Assembly (NCBI GenBank): GCA_038217285.1 | Contig: JBBQPO010000009.1 | Coordinates: forward strand, 1 to 51,714 | Source of the DNA: Chthonomonadales bacterium | Lineage (GTDB): Bacteria; Armatimonadota; Chthonomonadetes; Chthonomonadales; Chthonomonadaceae | Length of the DNA stretch: 51,714 nt | Direction: 5' to 3' | Shown: in pieces, positions 1-9,444 of the stretch | Position numbering within the stretch: position 1 is the first letter of the stretch | How the letters are laid out: each line of letters begins with the position of its first letter | The notes under the pieces: model-generated | The model's input: only the letters and a program-made list of their open reading frames with translations | Database searches by the model: none | Told to the model about the DNA's origin: nothing | Made by a program: the position numbers and the translations under genes

Positions 1-96
1 GGCGTTGGCTTGCTCGGCCAAAACGCCCTGCTGTTGAACCACGAGGGTGGCGAGTTCGTCATAAGTTGGAGTAGCAGACTTGCTCATAGGCATCAT
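1..96 (-). mobile_element. N-terminus of a probable IS66-family (DUF6444-type) transposase, running off the left edge
   Basis: Minus-strand frame reads MMPMSKSATPTYDELATLVVQQQGVLAEQANA, resembling the PTYDELAALV coiled-coil start of single-ORF IS66 transposases. Only 32 codons are visible. Confidence 0.45.
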
Positions 97-606
97 TACG
101 AACCAACGGCCATAAAATACTCATCAGTCTGAACTGTATCAGCGCCCTCCGCGAACAGCGAGGCAATTCGGACGACCGCGCACACGCTCTTTCTGATGTA
201 TATTCGGTGTCCATGGCTTTCTACAGCACCATTTTCTTGACAGCATTCGAGCGATCGAGTATAATGAAAAGCGAGCGATGGAACTATTCCCATAACATCT
301 TAACTCCAGATTGCCCGAGGGTTTGACGACATTCACCATGCCTGTTATTCCTAAGGACGCAACCAGGAACTTTCTGCACCTAGAGCGTTCCCTGTCAACA
401 TGCGTACATCGACTTCTTTCACTCTCGTACCGCCCAAACGGTGCACAGCGCCACTTACGCGCTCCCACAATTTCCGCTAAGCCATTTGCGACACTCCGAC
501 ACCGTCTCTTGAAAGGAGGAAAGAGACCTACTCTTCGGCTGATCGAAAATGCTTGTCAGCAGTTTCGGCAATTTAACGCTTTGTACACGCAGAAAGGAAG
601 CCTAAA

Positions 607-888
607 ATGGCATGTAACTTAACCAGACCTCAGGTATTGGACATTATCGTCATGGTCATTAAAAGAGCCGAGCACATCCCGAATGCCGTTGTGATAACCG
701 GTGACACATCGACAGCTTCACTGGGTTTTGATGACGCCTCGATCAGGCTGATATTCGATGCCGTCCGGCTGGTGCTACAGCAAAGAGGGTGCTGCCTGAC
801 AATTGCGGCAGAAGATCTCGACGGTTCTGCCGCCGTCGAAGACGTCGTCGGCACCTTTTTTGACGGCCTGACAGATTGTCCGGCGTAA
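607..888 (+). CDS. Small acidic protein with an acyl-carrier-protein-like pattern
   Basis: RBS-like AAAGGAAG before ATG; 93 aa; ITGDTSTASLGFDD resembles the ACP motif IxxDxxxxxLGxDS but lacks the Ser. Confidence 0.5.
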   Translation: MACNLTRPQVLDIIVMVIKRAEHIPNAVVITGDTSTASLGFDDASIRLIFDAVRLVLQQRGCCLTIAAEDLDGSAAVEDVVGTFFDGLTDCPA

Positions 889-929
889 GCAGCTGTGTTA
901 AATGCAACGAAGGAAAAAAGGACACAAGG

Positions 930-1829
930 ATGAAAATCTATCGATGCCTGACATTGGCGATCCTGACTCTCTGTGGATTAGCGGCTCAACCGGCGCTCCA
1001 AGCCCAAGCCGCTCCCCCTAAAAAGCACGCGCAGGATTTCTGGAAATATATTCATCTCCAACAGGCTTTTGACGGCACGGGTTCAACAGATCCGGCAACC
1101 TTCTCTTTCCTGAATACTACAGGCGGCAATAACGTCGGTTCTGCAGACTTCGCCCTTATCTATAAGCCGAGTTTGCCTTCCGGTCACGATACGTTCAGCG
1201 TCTCTGGGGAAGGCAAGATCGCAAGCGACAAGGGCGCCGCAGAAGATGCGGTCCGGCTTCGCCTGACTTACAACATGTATCGGCCTTTGGGCGAAGATCC
1301 TACCAACCTTGATCCCCGGTTTCACGGGCTACAGGATACGTACACTACCTTCTCCCTGAAACACGAAGCCAACAAAGGCTATACGACGCAAAAGCTGCTG
1401 ATGGAAACCGTGTTTACGCTCACGGACTCAGACCTCGCTATGGGAGGCCGACATCCTGTAGCGGATAAGAACAACCATTTACATCTTTCCAGTCCGATTA
1501 TCTGGAGGCCATACTTCGGTGTCGACGCCGGCGACACACTGCGCACAGGAGACTCTACGGAGACCAGCAGGACTGTCCTGCGTCTGCTGTTTCGTCTGCA
1601 CGTTCAACTCGATTTCGGCAATCCGGACGGTATCTACCTCTATGTCGACAATAAGGCGTATGCACTTCCCCTCGAACACTCCGGAACGGGCAAGAACTTT
1701 CTAGTTGCGGGTCTGGTGATACCCATCAAAAAGGACATCAGCTTCGAACTGAAGTACAAAGTCGGCAAGGACTCACCGGACTTTCAAGGCATCGAAACAT
1801 TTGGAGGAGGAATCGGCATTAAGTTCTAA
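930..1829 (+). CDS. Secreted hypothetical protein, possible outer-membrane beta-barrel
   Basis: Signal-peptide-like start (MKIYRCLTLAILTLCGLAAQPALQAQA), amphipathic beta-strand patterns and a C-terminal aromatic residue (GIGIKF). Confidence 0.7.
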   Translation: MKIYRCLTLAILTLCGLAAQPALQAQAAPPKKHAQDFWKYIHLQQAFDGTGSTDPATFSFLNTTGGNNVGSADFALIYKPSLPSGHDTFSVSGEGKIASDKGAAEDAVRLRLTYNMYRPLGEDPTNLDPRFHGLQDTYTTFSLKHEANKGYTTQKLLMETVFTLTDSDLAMGGRHPVADKNNHLHLSSPIIWRPYFGVDAGDTLRTGDSTETSRTVLRLLFRLHVQLDFGNPDGIYLYVDNKAYALPLEHSGTGKNFLVAGLVIPIKKDISFELKYKVGKDSPDFQGIETFGGGIGIKF

Positions 1830-2132
1830 GGTAAGCATATGGCCGCAAATCTACGCGGGTGTCGAAAAACAGCGTCAGTAGGGGGAAAGCATTGCGCGTA
1901 CAAAATCCCAAAATGGTAGGCCCATTCGCATTCTCCAACGTCCTCTATTCGGCACCCAGCCTTGTCTACGGCGGAAACCCGGCGCTGGCGCAGTATGCCG
2001 TTTACGAACAATCCACGCCGGGATTTTCTACCCGTTCGCCGATTTCGATTTCAGAGTCATAATTGCCTCGTTGAACGCCGATATCAAGACGCTCCAGAGT
2101 ATGCCCACCCCATTTAGGGTAAACTGGTTACT

Positions 2133-3239
2133 ATGGCAGGAAGCACTTTTGGAACTCTCTTTCGACTCACGACGTTTGGTGAGTCGCATGGCCCCGCCGT
2201 CGGGTGTATTCTCGACGGCTGCCCTCCCGGCATCCCCTTGAGTCTCGCACAGATCCAGGCCGACCTGGATCGGCGTCGCCCCGGACAGAGCCGCATCACC
2301 ACGCAGCGGCGCGAGGGCGACGAGGTGGAGATCCTCTCCGGCCTCTTCGAGGATCAGACCACTGGTACCCCCCTGGGCATGCTGGTCCGCAACACCGACG
2401 CGCGCTCCAAAGACTACGGTGAGATGCGCGACCTCTACCGCCCGAGCCACGCCGACTATACCTATCAAGCCAAGTTCGGGGTGCGCGACTATCGGGGAGG
2501 CGGGCGGGCGTCGTATCGTGAGGCCATAGGTCGCGTAGCCGGGGGCGCGGTGGCGCGTCAGTTGCTCCACCATCGCTGCGGCACGGAGATCGTCGGCTAT
2601 GTGCTGCAGATCGCCGACATTCGCAGTGAAGCGGACACCGACACCGTCACACGCGAGGATGTGGACGCCAACATCGTGCGCTGCCCCGACACGGAGATGG
2701 CGGACAGGATGATTGCGGCGATAGACGCGGCCCGACGCGACGGCGACTCGCTGGGCGGCATCGTCGAACTGGTGGTCCGCAACGTGCCCGTCGGACTGGG
2801 CGAGCCGGTCTTCGATAAGCTGACCGCCGACCTGGCCCACGCCCTGATGTCGCTGCCCGCCGCGCGCGGCTTCGAGATCGGGGAAGGCTTCGGCAGCGCG
2901 CTCATGCGCGGCTCCACGCACAACGACGCTTTTACGATGCGCGCCGGGCAGGTACGCACCCGCACCAACCACTCCGGCGGAATCCAGGGCGGCATCTCCA
3001 ACGGCGAGAACATCGTCGTGCGCGTCGCGTTCAAGCCCGTCGCCACCATCATGCAGGAGCAGGAGACGGTCAACATGCAGGGCGAGGCGGTCACCTTCCG
3101 GGCGAAAGGCCGCCACGATCCCTGTGTTCTGCCCCGCGCCATCGCGGCCGTCGAAGCGATGGCCGCCCTCGTCCTCGCCGATCACCTTCTCCGCCAGACC
3201 GCCTACGGTCACGATGCCCCTGTTTCGGACGCATCGTGA
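2133..3239 (+). CDS. aroC: Chorismate synthase
   Basis: [34 protein letters not shown] and GRHDPCV signatures. Confidence 0.98.
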   Translation: MAGSTFGTLFRLTTFGESHGPAVGCILDGCPPGIPLSLAQIQADLDRRRPGQSRITTQRREGDEVEILSGLFEDQTTGTPLGMLVRNTDARSKDYGEMRDLYRPSHADYTYQAKFGVRDYRGGGRASYREAIGRVAGGAVARQLLHHRCGTEIVGYVLQIADIRSEADTDTVTREDVDANIVRCPDTEMADRMIAAIDAARRDGDSLGGIVELVVRNVPVGLGEPVFDKLTADLAHALMSLPAARGFEIGEGFGSALMRGSTHNDAFTMRAGQVRTRTNHSGGIQGGISNGENIVVRVAFKPVATIMQEQETVNMQGEAVTFRAKGRHDPCVLPRAIAAVEAMAALVLADHLLRQTAYGHDAPVSDAS

Positions 3240-3327
3240 ACCTTTTGGGTGCTTTCGGTATCCAATCGAGACAACAGGGACGTGCAGGCATCCTTGCCTG
3301 CGACAGCCGGGTGAGGGACCCAATTTC

Positions 3328-3927
3328 GTGCGAGACGATCTGAAACTGACGCGCCGAATTCAGGCGGGCGACCCGCGAGCTTTCGAGGAGTTTCTGGACT
3401 CCTACGGGGCGCGGGTGCAGTATCTTGTCCGCCGCACGGTCGAAAATCGCACGGATGCCGAGGACTTGACGCAGGAGATTTTCGTGCATCTGTATCGCAA
3501 TATCGGCAGTTATCGGGGCGAAGCGGCGCTGGCGACCTGGGTCTATCGCGTGGCGCTGAACCAGTGCGCCAAATATGCCCAGAAACGACATCCGCAGAAC
3601 GTGGCGCTGGAGGAGCAGAACGAGCAGGCCTCTCCCGACTGGCGTTCCGACCCGGAGAAGGCGGCTGTCAAGGGCGAGCTCTCGGAGCGAGTACACGATG
3701 CGCTCGAACAGCTCTCGCCGCTGCATAAAGAGGTGGTCGTGCTGCACGAGTTGTATGGCCTCACCTATCAGGAGTGCGCGCAGACGCTGGAGGTGCCCAT
3801 CGGCACCGTGAAGTCACGCCTCTTCAACGCGATCCGCCGTCTGCGCGGCAGCCTGAGCGACTATGTTCTTGGCGAGACGGCCGGAGGTGTGCTTCGGGTG
3901 GAAGTGGCCGGGGAGAAAGCGCCATGA
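3328..3927 (+). CDS. ECF (sigma-70 family) RNA polymerase sigma factor
   Basis: DAEDLTQEIF and TWVYRVALN (region 2), YQECAQTLEVPIGTVKSRL (region 4). GTG start at 3328 inferred. Confidence 0.93.
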   Translation: MRDDLKLTRRIQAGDPRAFEEFLDSYGARVQYLVRRTVENRTDAEDLTQEIFVHLYRNIGSYRGEAALATWVYRVALNQCAKYAQKRHPQNVALEEQNEQASPDWRSDPEKAAVKGELSERVHDALEQLSPLHKEVVVLHELYGLTYQECAQTLEVPIGTVKSRLFNAIRRLRGSLSDYVLGETAGGVLRVEVAGEKAP

Positions 3928-5339
3928 CACCGGCAGAACACAACGCGGCGCGCCAGCCGATGCTGAAAGCCTTTCTGGATCACGAGATCCCTCCGTGGAG
4001 GAGTCTCGCGGTGCGGCTGCATCTGGCGCGGTGTACGTCCTGTCGGGAGGAGATACGAGCCATGCAGCAGATCGGGGAAGAGCTGCGCGGACAGCCGCCG
4101 CTCGATCCGCTCGATCCGGGCCTGCGGTCGCGCATACTGGCGACCGTGCGCGACATGACGCCGGGGCCAGCTCGGCCTGTGCAGGCCCGACGTCCCGTAC
4201 TGATCTGGGGTGCAACCGCCGCCGTGCTGCTTCTGGTCGCCGTTTTCGCCCCACGCCTCCTGCAAGAAAACAGTCTCAAATTATCGCGCGAGTCCGACGA
4301 GTCGAGCGCAAAAGTCGCCTCTGGGGCGCAAGAGCCTCTTGCCGGGTCTGCAGCAAACGAGTCCACCTCCCTTTCCCAATCTCGGACGAACGACCGAAGC
4401 TCCGTAACAACGCCGCCTTCCACCGCTTCGGAGCCGCAGAAACAGAGCGCAAAGAAGGACTATTCAAGCGTTGAGGCCCCCAACGCCATGCAGTCCAGTA
4501 CGTCAAACAGTGCCTTCAGCAACCTTCCATCGGCTGGCGGCCTTCCTGAGCATACGGCAGGCGCGAGGGGAGATGCCAGCGTCAATTCTTCTAAACGCAT
4601 GCCCGCGTCGGAGGCATCCGGAGTACGCTCTTCGGCTGCACACCATAAGGCGTTTGATGGGGACAGCACCTTGTCCGGACCGGGGTTCGGCGGCAGTTTC
4701 GGTGGTGGCCGCCAATCAAAGCTGCATGCGAAAATGCGGGTGGGGCGGACGGCTCTGCCGGCGAAACAGTCGGTCGTCCTCGACCGCGCCGGGTTCGATC
4801 TCAATGGCTACCGCTTCTTGGCGCAGGATGGGCAGCGAGTGGACGTACCGTTCAACAAGAACCTGAATGCGGTTCGGTTCGCCCGCGCCGCCGACGGTAA
4901 GATGGCGCTGATCAGGAACGGTGCGTCTCCCATCCTCTATCTCGCGCCCGCCGACGTACTCCATAACGACGTCGTGGTGGGCTCCCTCTGGCAGCCACTG
5001 CCACCAGGAAGCGTCGCGACCCAACCGCTCTACGTGCGCCCCGCGCCAGACTGGGAGCAGTTCCTCGCCATGCGCTGGTATCCGAACATGACGGTTGTCG
5101 GCGGGTTGACACGTTCCGAAGCGGCTCAGGACGCCTTCACCTGGCTGCCCGGCTCCCATATTCAGATCGGAGGCGTCCTCTACTCCGACTATGCCGCCTA
5201 CCGCGCCTACGCCGACTCCCACCCTGACGCTCTTCGCCTGCGCGCCGTCTACGACAATCCTCCTCCGACTGCGCCCGCCGTAGTCTCCCCCACATCACGG
5301 AATCCCACACAGCGCGCCGTCGAAAAACGTCGTCCCTAG
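3924..5339 (+). CDS. Zinc-binding anti-sigma factor (zf-HC2/ZAS) with TM helix and extracytoplasmic domain
   Basis: HLARCTSC (HxxxCxxC), TM segment LIWGATAAVLLLVAVF, and ATGA overlap with the sigma gene stop. Confidence 0.85.
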   Translation: MTPAEHNAARQPMLKAFLDHEIPPWRSLAVRLHLARCTSCREEIRAMQQIGEELRGQPPLDPLDPGLRSRILATVRDMTPGPARPVQARRPVLIWGATAAVLLLVAVFAPRLLQENSLKLSRESDESSAKVASGAQEPLAGSAANESTSLSQSRTNDRSSVTTPPSTASEPQKQSAKKDYSSVEAPNAMQSSTSNSAFSNLPSAGGLPEHTAGARGDASVNSSKRMPASEASGVRSSAAHHKAFDGDSTLSGPGFGGSFGGGRQSKLHAKMRVGRTALPAKQSVVLDRAGFDLNGYRFLAQDGQRVDVPFNKNLNAVRFARAADGKMALIRNGASPILYLAPADVLHNDVVVGSLWQPLPPGSVATQPLYVRPAPDWEQFLAMRWYPNMTVVGGLTRSEAAQDAFTWLPGSHIQIGGVLYSDYAAYRAYADSHPDALRLRAVYDNPPPTAPAVVSPTSRNPTQRAVEKRRP

Positions 5340-5529
5340 CCGAAGCAGGATAGACAACGCGCACACGACCGGGCAGGGCGATGCAAGCGGGACACCCCAA
5401 ACGGTCACTTTTTTTCCTGCCTCCCTTGCTGGAGCGGGTATAATCGTAGAAACTGGCGTCCATGCAATTTCCTATATCCGTGAAACAGGGAGCCTTTGTG
5501 CTGCGTAGACCAGAAAAGAGGGTAATGCA

Positions 5530-6051
5530 ATGACAGTAACCTCCTATCTGGGTTTCGGGTCCAGCCTGGGCGACCGTTGGGCGCATCTGCGTGACGCGCT
5601 CCGAAGGATGGAGACATTTGGGCCGGGCCTGCAGGTGACGGCCGTCTCGCCCGTCTATCAGACGCCGCATCTCGGCCTGAAGCCTGGCGATGATACGCGG
5701 TATCCGCCGCATCTGAATCTGGTAGCGCGAATCGAAACCGATCTGACGCCGGACGATCTGCTGCAGCGGATTCAGGCCGTTGAGACGGCGGGAGGTCGGC
5801 AGCGCGCCGAGCGCTGGGGGCCCCGTACGATCGATATCGATATTCTGCTGTACGGCGATACGGAATTTCGGACGCAGGCGCTGATCCTGCCACATCCCGG
5901 TCTTGCGGAGCGGGCATTCGTCGTGGTTCCGTTGGCCGATCTCGCGCCCGACCTGCGCCTGCCCGACGGGCGCTCTGTGGCCGAGTTACGGGTAAGCGCG
6001 CCGATCCGTTCCCAGAGCATCGAAAGGGTGGAAGATGGACTATCTGTATGA
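5530..6051 (+). CDS. folK: 2-amino-4-hydroxy-6-hydroxymethyldihydropteridine diphosphokinase
   Basis: YLGFGSSLGDR, RWGPRTIDIDILLY, LILPHP and ERAFVVVPL motifs. Confidence 0.95.
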   Translation: MTVTSYLGFGSSLGDRWAHLRDALRRMETFGPGLQVTAVSPVYQTPHLGLKPGDDTRYPPHLNLVARIETDLTPDDLLQRIQAVETAGGRQRAERWGPRTIDIDILLYGDTEFRTQALILPHPGLAERAFVVVPLADLAPDLRLPDGRSVAELRVSAPIRSQSIERVEDGLSV

Positions 6052-7438
6052 AGCCGTAGACGCCTCCGGCCGCACGGTCATGGGCAAAATCGAGGCCAAC
6101 GACGAAGTCGAAGTGCGGCGAAAGCTGACCCTGATGGGCTATCGTCCGCAGACCATCGCGGCTACGCAGGCCCTGCAAGGCGCCTCACGGACCGGCGCGG
6201 GTTCCGTCGCCGTCGCGGCAAACTCCGCCCGGAGCGTGATGCAGAACGGCGCCCAGACGGCCGCACGCTCCAGCGGTATCACCATGGCAGGCAATGCGGC
6301 GAAGGTGAGCACACGAACCGCAACGCAGTCGCAAAGCCGAACTGCTTCCACAACCCGCTCTAACTTCCTTCTCAACCCGGTCAACCCGAACGCTTCGAAA
6401 CTGGGCGGAGTCTCCACGCGCGATCTGGCGTTCTATTTTCAACAGTTGGCGCCCCTGGTGAAGAGCGGTATGACGATCTACGCTGCCCTCGACAATCTGG
6501 CGGGGCGCACTCCCAACAAGAATCTGGCCCAGACCGCGCACGAAATGGCCGAGACCGCGCGCAAAGGGAACCGTATCTCCGATGTGATGGAGCACTATCC
6601 GCGCATCTATCCCGATCATATCGTCGGCATGGTGCGCGCCGGGGAGACCGGCGGCTTTCTGGAGATCGCCCTCGCGGAGATCGCCCTCAACTTCGAGCAG
6701 AACATCGCCCTCTACAAAGGGATGTGGCTGCCGAAACTGATGGCGTCGCAGGCGTTGTATGTGCTGCCGATCGCCATTCCGTTTATGCCCTGCCTCCTGG
6801 CCAGTTTCGATCTGGCAGCCAACGCGATGCTCTATCTTAAATGGGAGCTTGTGCTGCTTCCAGCTACGGCTCTCCTCCATTTTCTGATCCTGCACAGCGC
6901 CAGACAGGCCCGTCTTCCGCAGTATCGGCGGTTCCGCGACAGCATGAGTCTGCGCCTTCCCGCGTTCGGCAATCTGCAGCGCGTGGCCGCGCTCTCGGCG
7001 TTCGTGCGGATGCTGCGCCGCCTGCATCAGGCCGGTGTCGCGCCGATCCAGGCCTGGGAGTGCGCTATGAACACGACAGACAACGTGGTCATTCGCGAGC
7101 GACTGGCCTCCTCTTATGAGATGATGAACCACGGCGCCTCCTTCTCCGACGCCTTTGCGGCCACCGAACTGTTCGACAATCAGATCGAAAACCTGGTCAT
7201 TACCGGGCAGCACTCGGGCGAGATCGTCGAGTCGCTCGACAAAGCGGCGGACCACTACCAGGAAGCCGTCTACGATGCGACGACCCGCGCCAAGCGGGTC
7301 ATGCTCAGCATGGGCCTGACAACGATGCTGGTGCTCGGCGGCGGAGCGCTCCTCTGGGTCGTGCATAGCTACTTCCACGGGATCTTCGACTTCGTGGACA
7401 AACAGTTCGCTACCCCAGACTTTCTGCAGATGCTTTAG
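6035..7438 (+). CDS. Type II secretion system F / PilC-family inner-membrane platform protein (paralog 1)
   Basis: N-terminal YEAVDASGRTVMGKIEA; two T2SSF repeats (FQQLAPLVKSG...AGETGG and GQHSGE); C-terminal TM. Confidence 0.9.
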   Translation: MDYLYEAVDASGRTVMGKIEANDEVEVRRKLTLMGYRPQTIAATQALQGASRTGAGSVAVAANSARSVMQNGAQTAARSSGITMAGNAAKVSTRTATQSQSRTASTTRSNFLLNPVNPNASKLGGVSTRDLAFYFQQLAPLVKSGMTIYAALDNLAGRTPNKNLAQTAHEMAETARKGNRISDVMEHYPRIYPDHIVGMVRAGETGGFLEIALAEIALNFEQNIALYKGMWLPKLMASQALYVLPIAIPFMPCLLASFDLAANAMLYLKWELVLLPATALLHFLILHSARQARLPQYRRFRDSMSLRLPAFGNLQRVAALSAFVRMLRRLHQAGVAPIQAWECAMNTTDNVVIRERLASSYEMMNHGASFSDAFAATELFDNQIENLVITGQHSGEIVESLDKAADHYQEAVYDATTRAKRVMLSMGLTTMLVLGGGALLWVVHSYFHGIFDFVDKQFATPDFLQML

Positions 7439-7453
7439 GAAGGGACACGCGCC

Positions 7454-9151
7454 ATGCCGCAGTTCGTATTTCGGGCCTTCGACCGTATGGGCAATACGGT
7501 CGAAGGCAACGTCGCCGCAGACAGCCAAACCGCAGCGCTCGCGCAGGTGCGAGGCATGGGCTACACGCCGCTGCAGGTTCAACCCAAAAGCGCCGCCGCC
7601 TCCCCGATAGCGCCCGGCCTGACGGCGACGCAGCCGCTGGCGCCCTCCGCCCTCACAGCGACCCAGCCGCGAAACGGTACGTCCCCCCTTGCCGCGACCC
7701 AACCCCTGAACGGCGCACCTCCCCTCGCCGTGACACAACCCATTCCCGCTCCCACCCGTCCTCGTCGGATCGACCTCTCCTCGCCGATGGAGGAGATCGC
7801 CGCGACGACCGCAACCCTCTACGGCCTGCCAGAGGCCGAGGCAGGCGCGGAGAGCACGGGGGGGGGGCATCTCGAACCCTGGGAGCGCAGCGTCGGGTTG
7901 AATGATCCGGCGGCTGCCGAACAGACCACCGAAATGGCCGCGAACGGCGTTCAGCCGACCCAGGCGTTGCCTCCGGGTGGCCCCCAGCCTTTCACCGCTC
8001 CGCAGGCGAGAGGCGGCGTGGAGCGCCCCTTCTACGACTCCGAACATGAGCGCGCCAAGGCGTTCCCGCAGCTCTTCCGGGAGCGGGTAATCAATCCGAT
8101 CTTTGCCGGCGTCGTGCTCAAGGATCTCGCGCCGTTCTACCGGCAGTTCGCCACGCTCATCAATGCGGGTATTCCACTGTTTCAGGCGCTCTCCGCACTC
8201 GAGGCCAGCACCAAGAACCCAAAACTGAAAGAGATCGCGCGGGAAGGTCAGCGGCAGGTGCAGGCCGGAGGCCGGTTCTCCGAGGTCATGGCGGCCTATC
8301 CCTGGATATGCTCCCCGATGCAGGTCGAGATTATCCGCGCCGCCGAAGAGGGCGGCATGCTGGACACCTCCCTGCGCCAACTGGCCGATTATGTCGAGAA
8401 CGACCTCGCCATCCGCCGCCTCGTCAGCCGCGAGACGATCTATCCAAAGATCGTCCTGTTCGTCGCTCTGATGCTGCTCGGCCGTCCTGGCTTCATGTTC
8501 CAGCAGATGTCGATCGTGCGGCTGGTACTCGGCGGTATGGGCAAGTCCGAGTACACCGGGCTGAACTATCTTTTTGACACCGTTGGATTCGGAATGCTGA
8601 TCCTGCTGCCGGTCGTCGTTGGGATGATCGCGTTCCGGCTCTTCTTCTTCAACTCCGTCGCCTTCCGCGAAGGCTACGACACCTTCAAAACCAGTATTCC
8701 CGTGCTCGGCCATCTGATCCGTATGTTCGCCACGGCCAAATTCTGCCGCACCTTCGCCGCACTCTACCGGGGCGGTTTCCCGATGGGCAACGCCCTGCAA
8801 GTCGCCGGCAACGCCAGCGGCAACTTCGTCCTGCGCAGAGCGGCGCATCGCGCGGCACTCTCCGCCAACCGGGGCGAAATGGTGGCCGATTCGATGCGCA
8901 GTTCCGGCTTCTTCAATGCCCTGACGGTCGATATGTTCCGAACCGGCGAAACGTCCGGCAGTCTCGATATGATGGTGGACAAGATCGCGGAGTATTATGA
9001 GGCGGAAGCCAAGCTGAAGACGCATCAGGCGGCCATGATCTTCGGGACGTGTGTCTTCCTTATCGTGGCGATTTTCGTGGCGATCCAGGTGATCTCCCAG
9101 TACACCGGCCTGGCCCAGAGCGAAATGAGCGCCGGCAACGACCCCTCTTAG
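7454..9151 (+). CDS. Type II secretion system F / PilC-family protein (paralog 2) with a long Pro/Thr-rich linker
   Basis: MPQFVFRAFDRMG, YRQFATLINAGIPL, AEEGGML and TGETSGSLD motifs. Confidence 0.92.
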   Translation: MPQFVFRAFDRMGNTVEGNVAADSQTAALAQVRGMGYTPLQVQPKSAAASPIAPGLTATQPLAPSALTATQPRNGTSPLAATQPLNGAPPLAVTQPIPAPTRPRRIDLSSPMEEIAATTATLYGLPEAEAGAESTGGGHLEPWERSVGLNDPAAAEQTTEMAANGVQPTQALPPGGPQPFTAPQARGGVERPFYDSEHERAKAFPQLFRERVINPIFAGVVLKDLAPFYRQFATLINAGIPLFQALSALEASTKNPKLKEIAREGQRQVQAGGRFSEVMAAYPWICSPMQVEIIRAAEEGGMLDTSLRQLADYVENDLAIRRLVSRETIYPKIVLFVALMLLGRPGFMFQQMSIVRLVLGGMGKSEYTGLNYLFDTVGFGMLILLPVVVGMIAFRLFFFNSVAFREGYDTFKTSIPVLGHLIRMFATAKFCRTFAALYRGGFPMGNALQVAGNASGNFVLRRAAHRAALSANRGEMVADSMRSSGFFNALTVDMFRTGETSGSLDMMVDKIAEYYEAEAKLKTHQAAMIFGTCVFLIVAIFVAIQVISQYTGLAQSEMSAGNDPS

Positions 9152-9202
9152 CGGATGGTTCAATGCCGGTATGCCCAAAGCGCCGGCAACGACCCCTCTT
9201 AG
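9128..9202 (+). repeat. 24-bp direct repeat duplicating the last codons and stop of the second pilC-like gene
   Basis: AGCGCCGGCAACGACCCCTCTTAG at 9128-9151 and 9179-9202. Confidence 0.9.
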
Positions 9203-9378
9203 GCCGCCCCTAAAGGGGCGGCCTGATGCGCAAACCCCGCTGAAGCGGGCTGTTTTCCACTCAGTAACAGTTGCTGTTCGGCGCAAATGGACGCTGGACG
9301 GCCTTATGGCGCTCACGCCTTGCCCAGGCCCGTTTACGGGCCTTATGAAAGACAGACCGCTCCTTTAGGGGCGGGCCT
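9201..9378. repeat. Four-hairpin REP/REPIN-like element, copy 1
   Basis: Hairpins AGGCCGCCCC-TAAA-GGGGCGGCCT, CCCGC-TGAA-GCGGG, AGGCCCG-TTTA-CGGGCCT and CCGCTCC-TTTA-GGGGCGG. An inverted homolog lies at 36665-36870. Confidence 0.75.
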
Positions 9379-9444
9379 CTCTTGACTTTCCAGCGGTTAT
9401 CAACTACAATAGCGGACAGACTGGCAGGAAGGGAGTCGCAGGGT

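Noticed and set aside
121-140. CTGAACTGTATC as an IS66 terminal inverted repeat
   Set aside because: Only a partial match to remembered IS66 ends, and the partner end lies outside the window.
6185-9316. 1043-aa minus-strand ORF
   Set aside because: Antisense shadow of the two pilC-like genes, expected from high-GC codon bias; no recognisable motifs.
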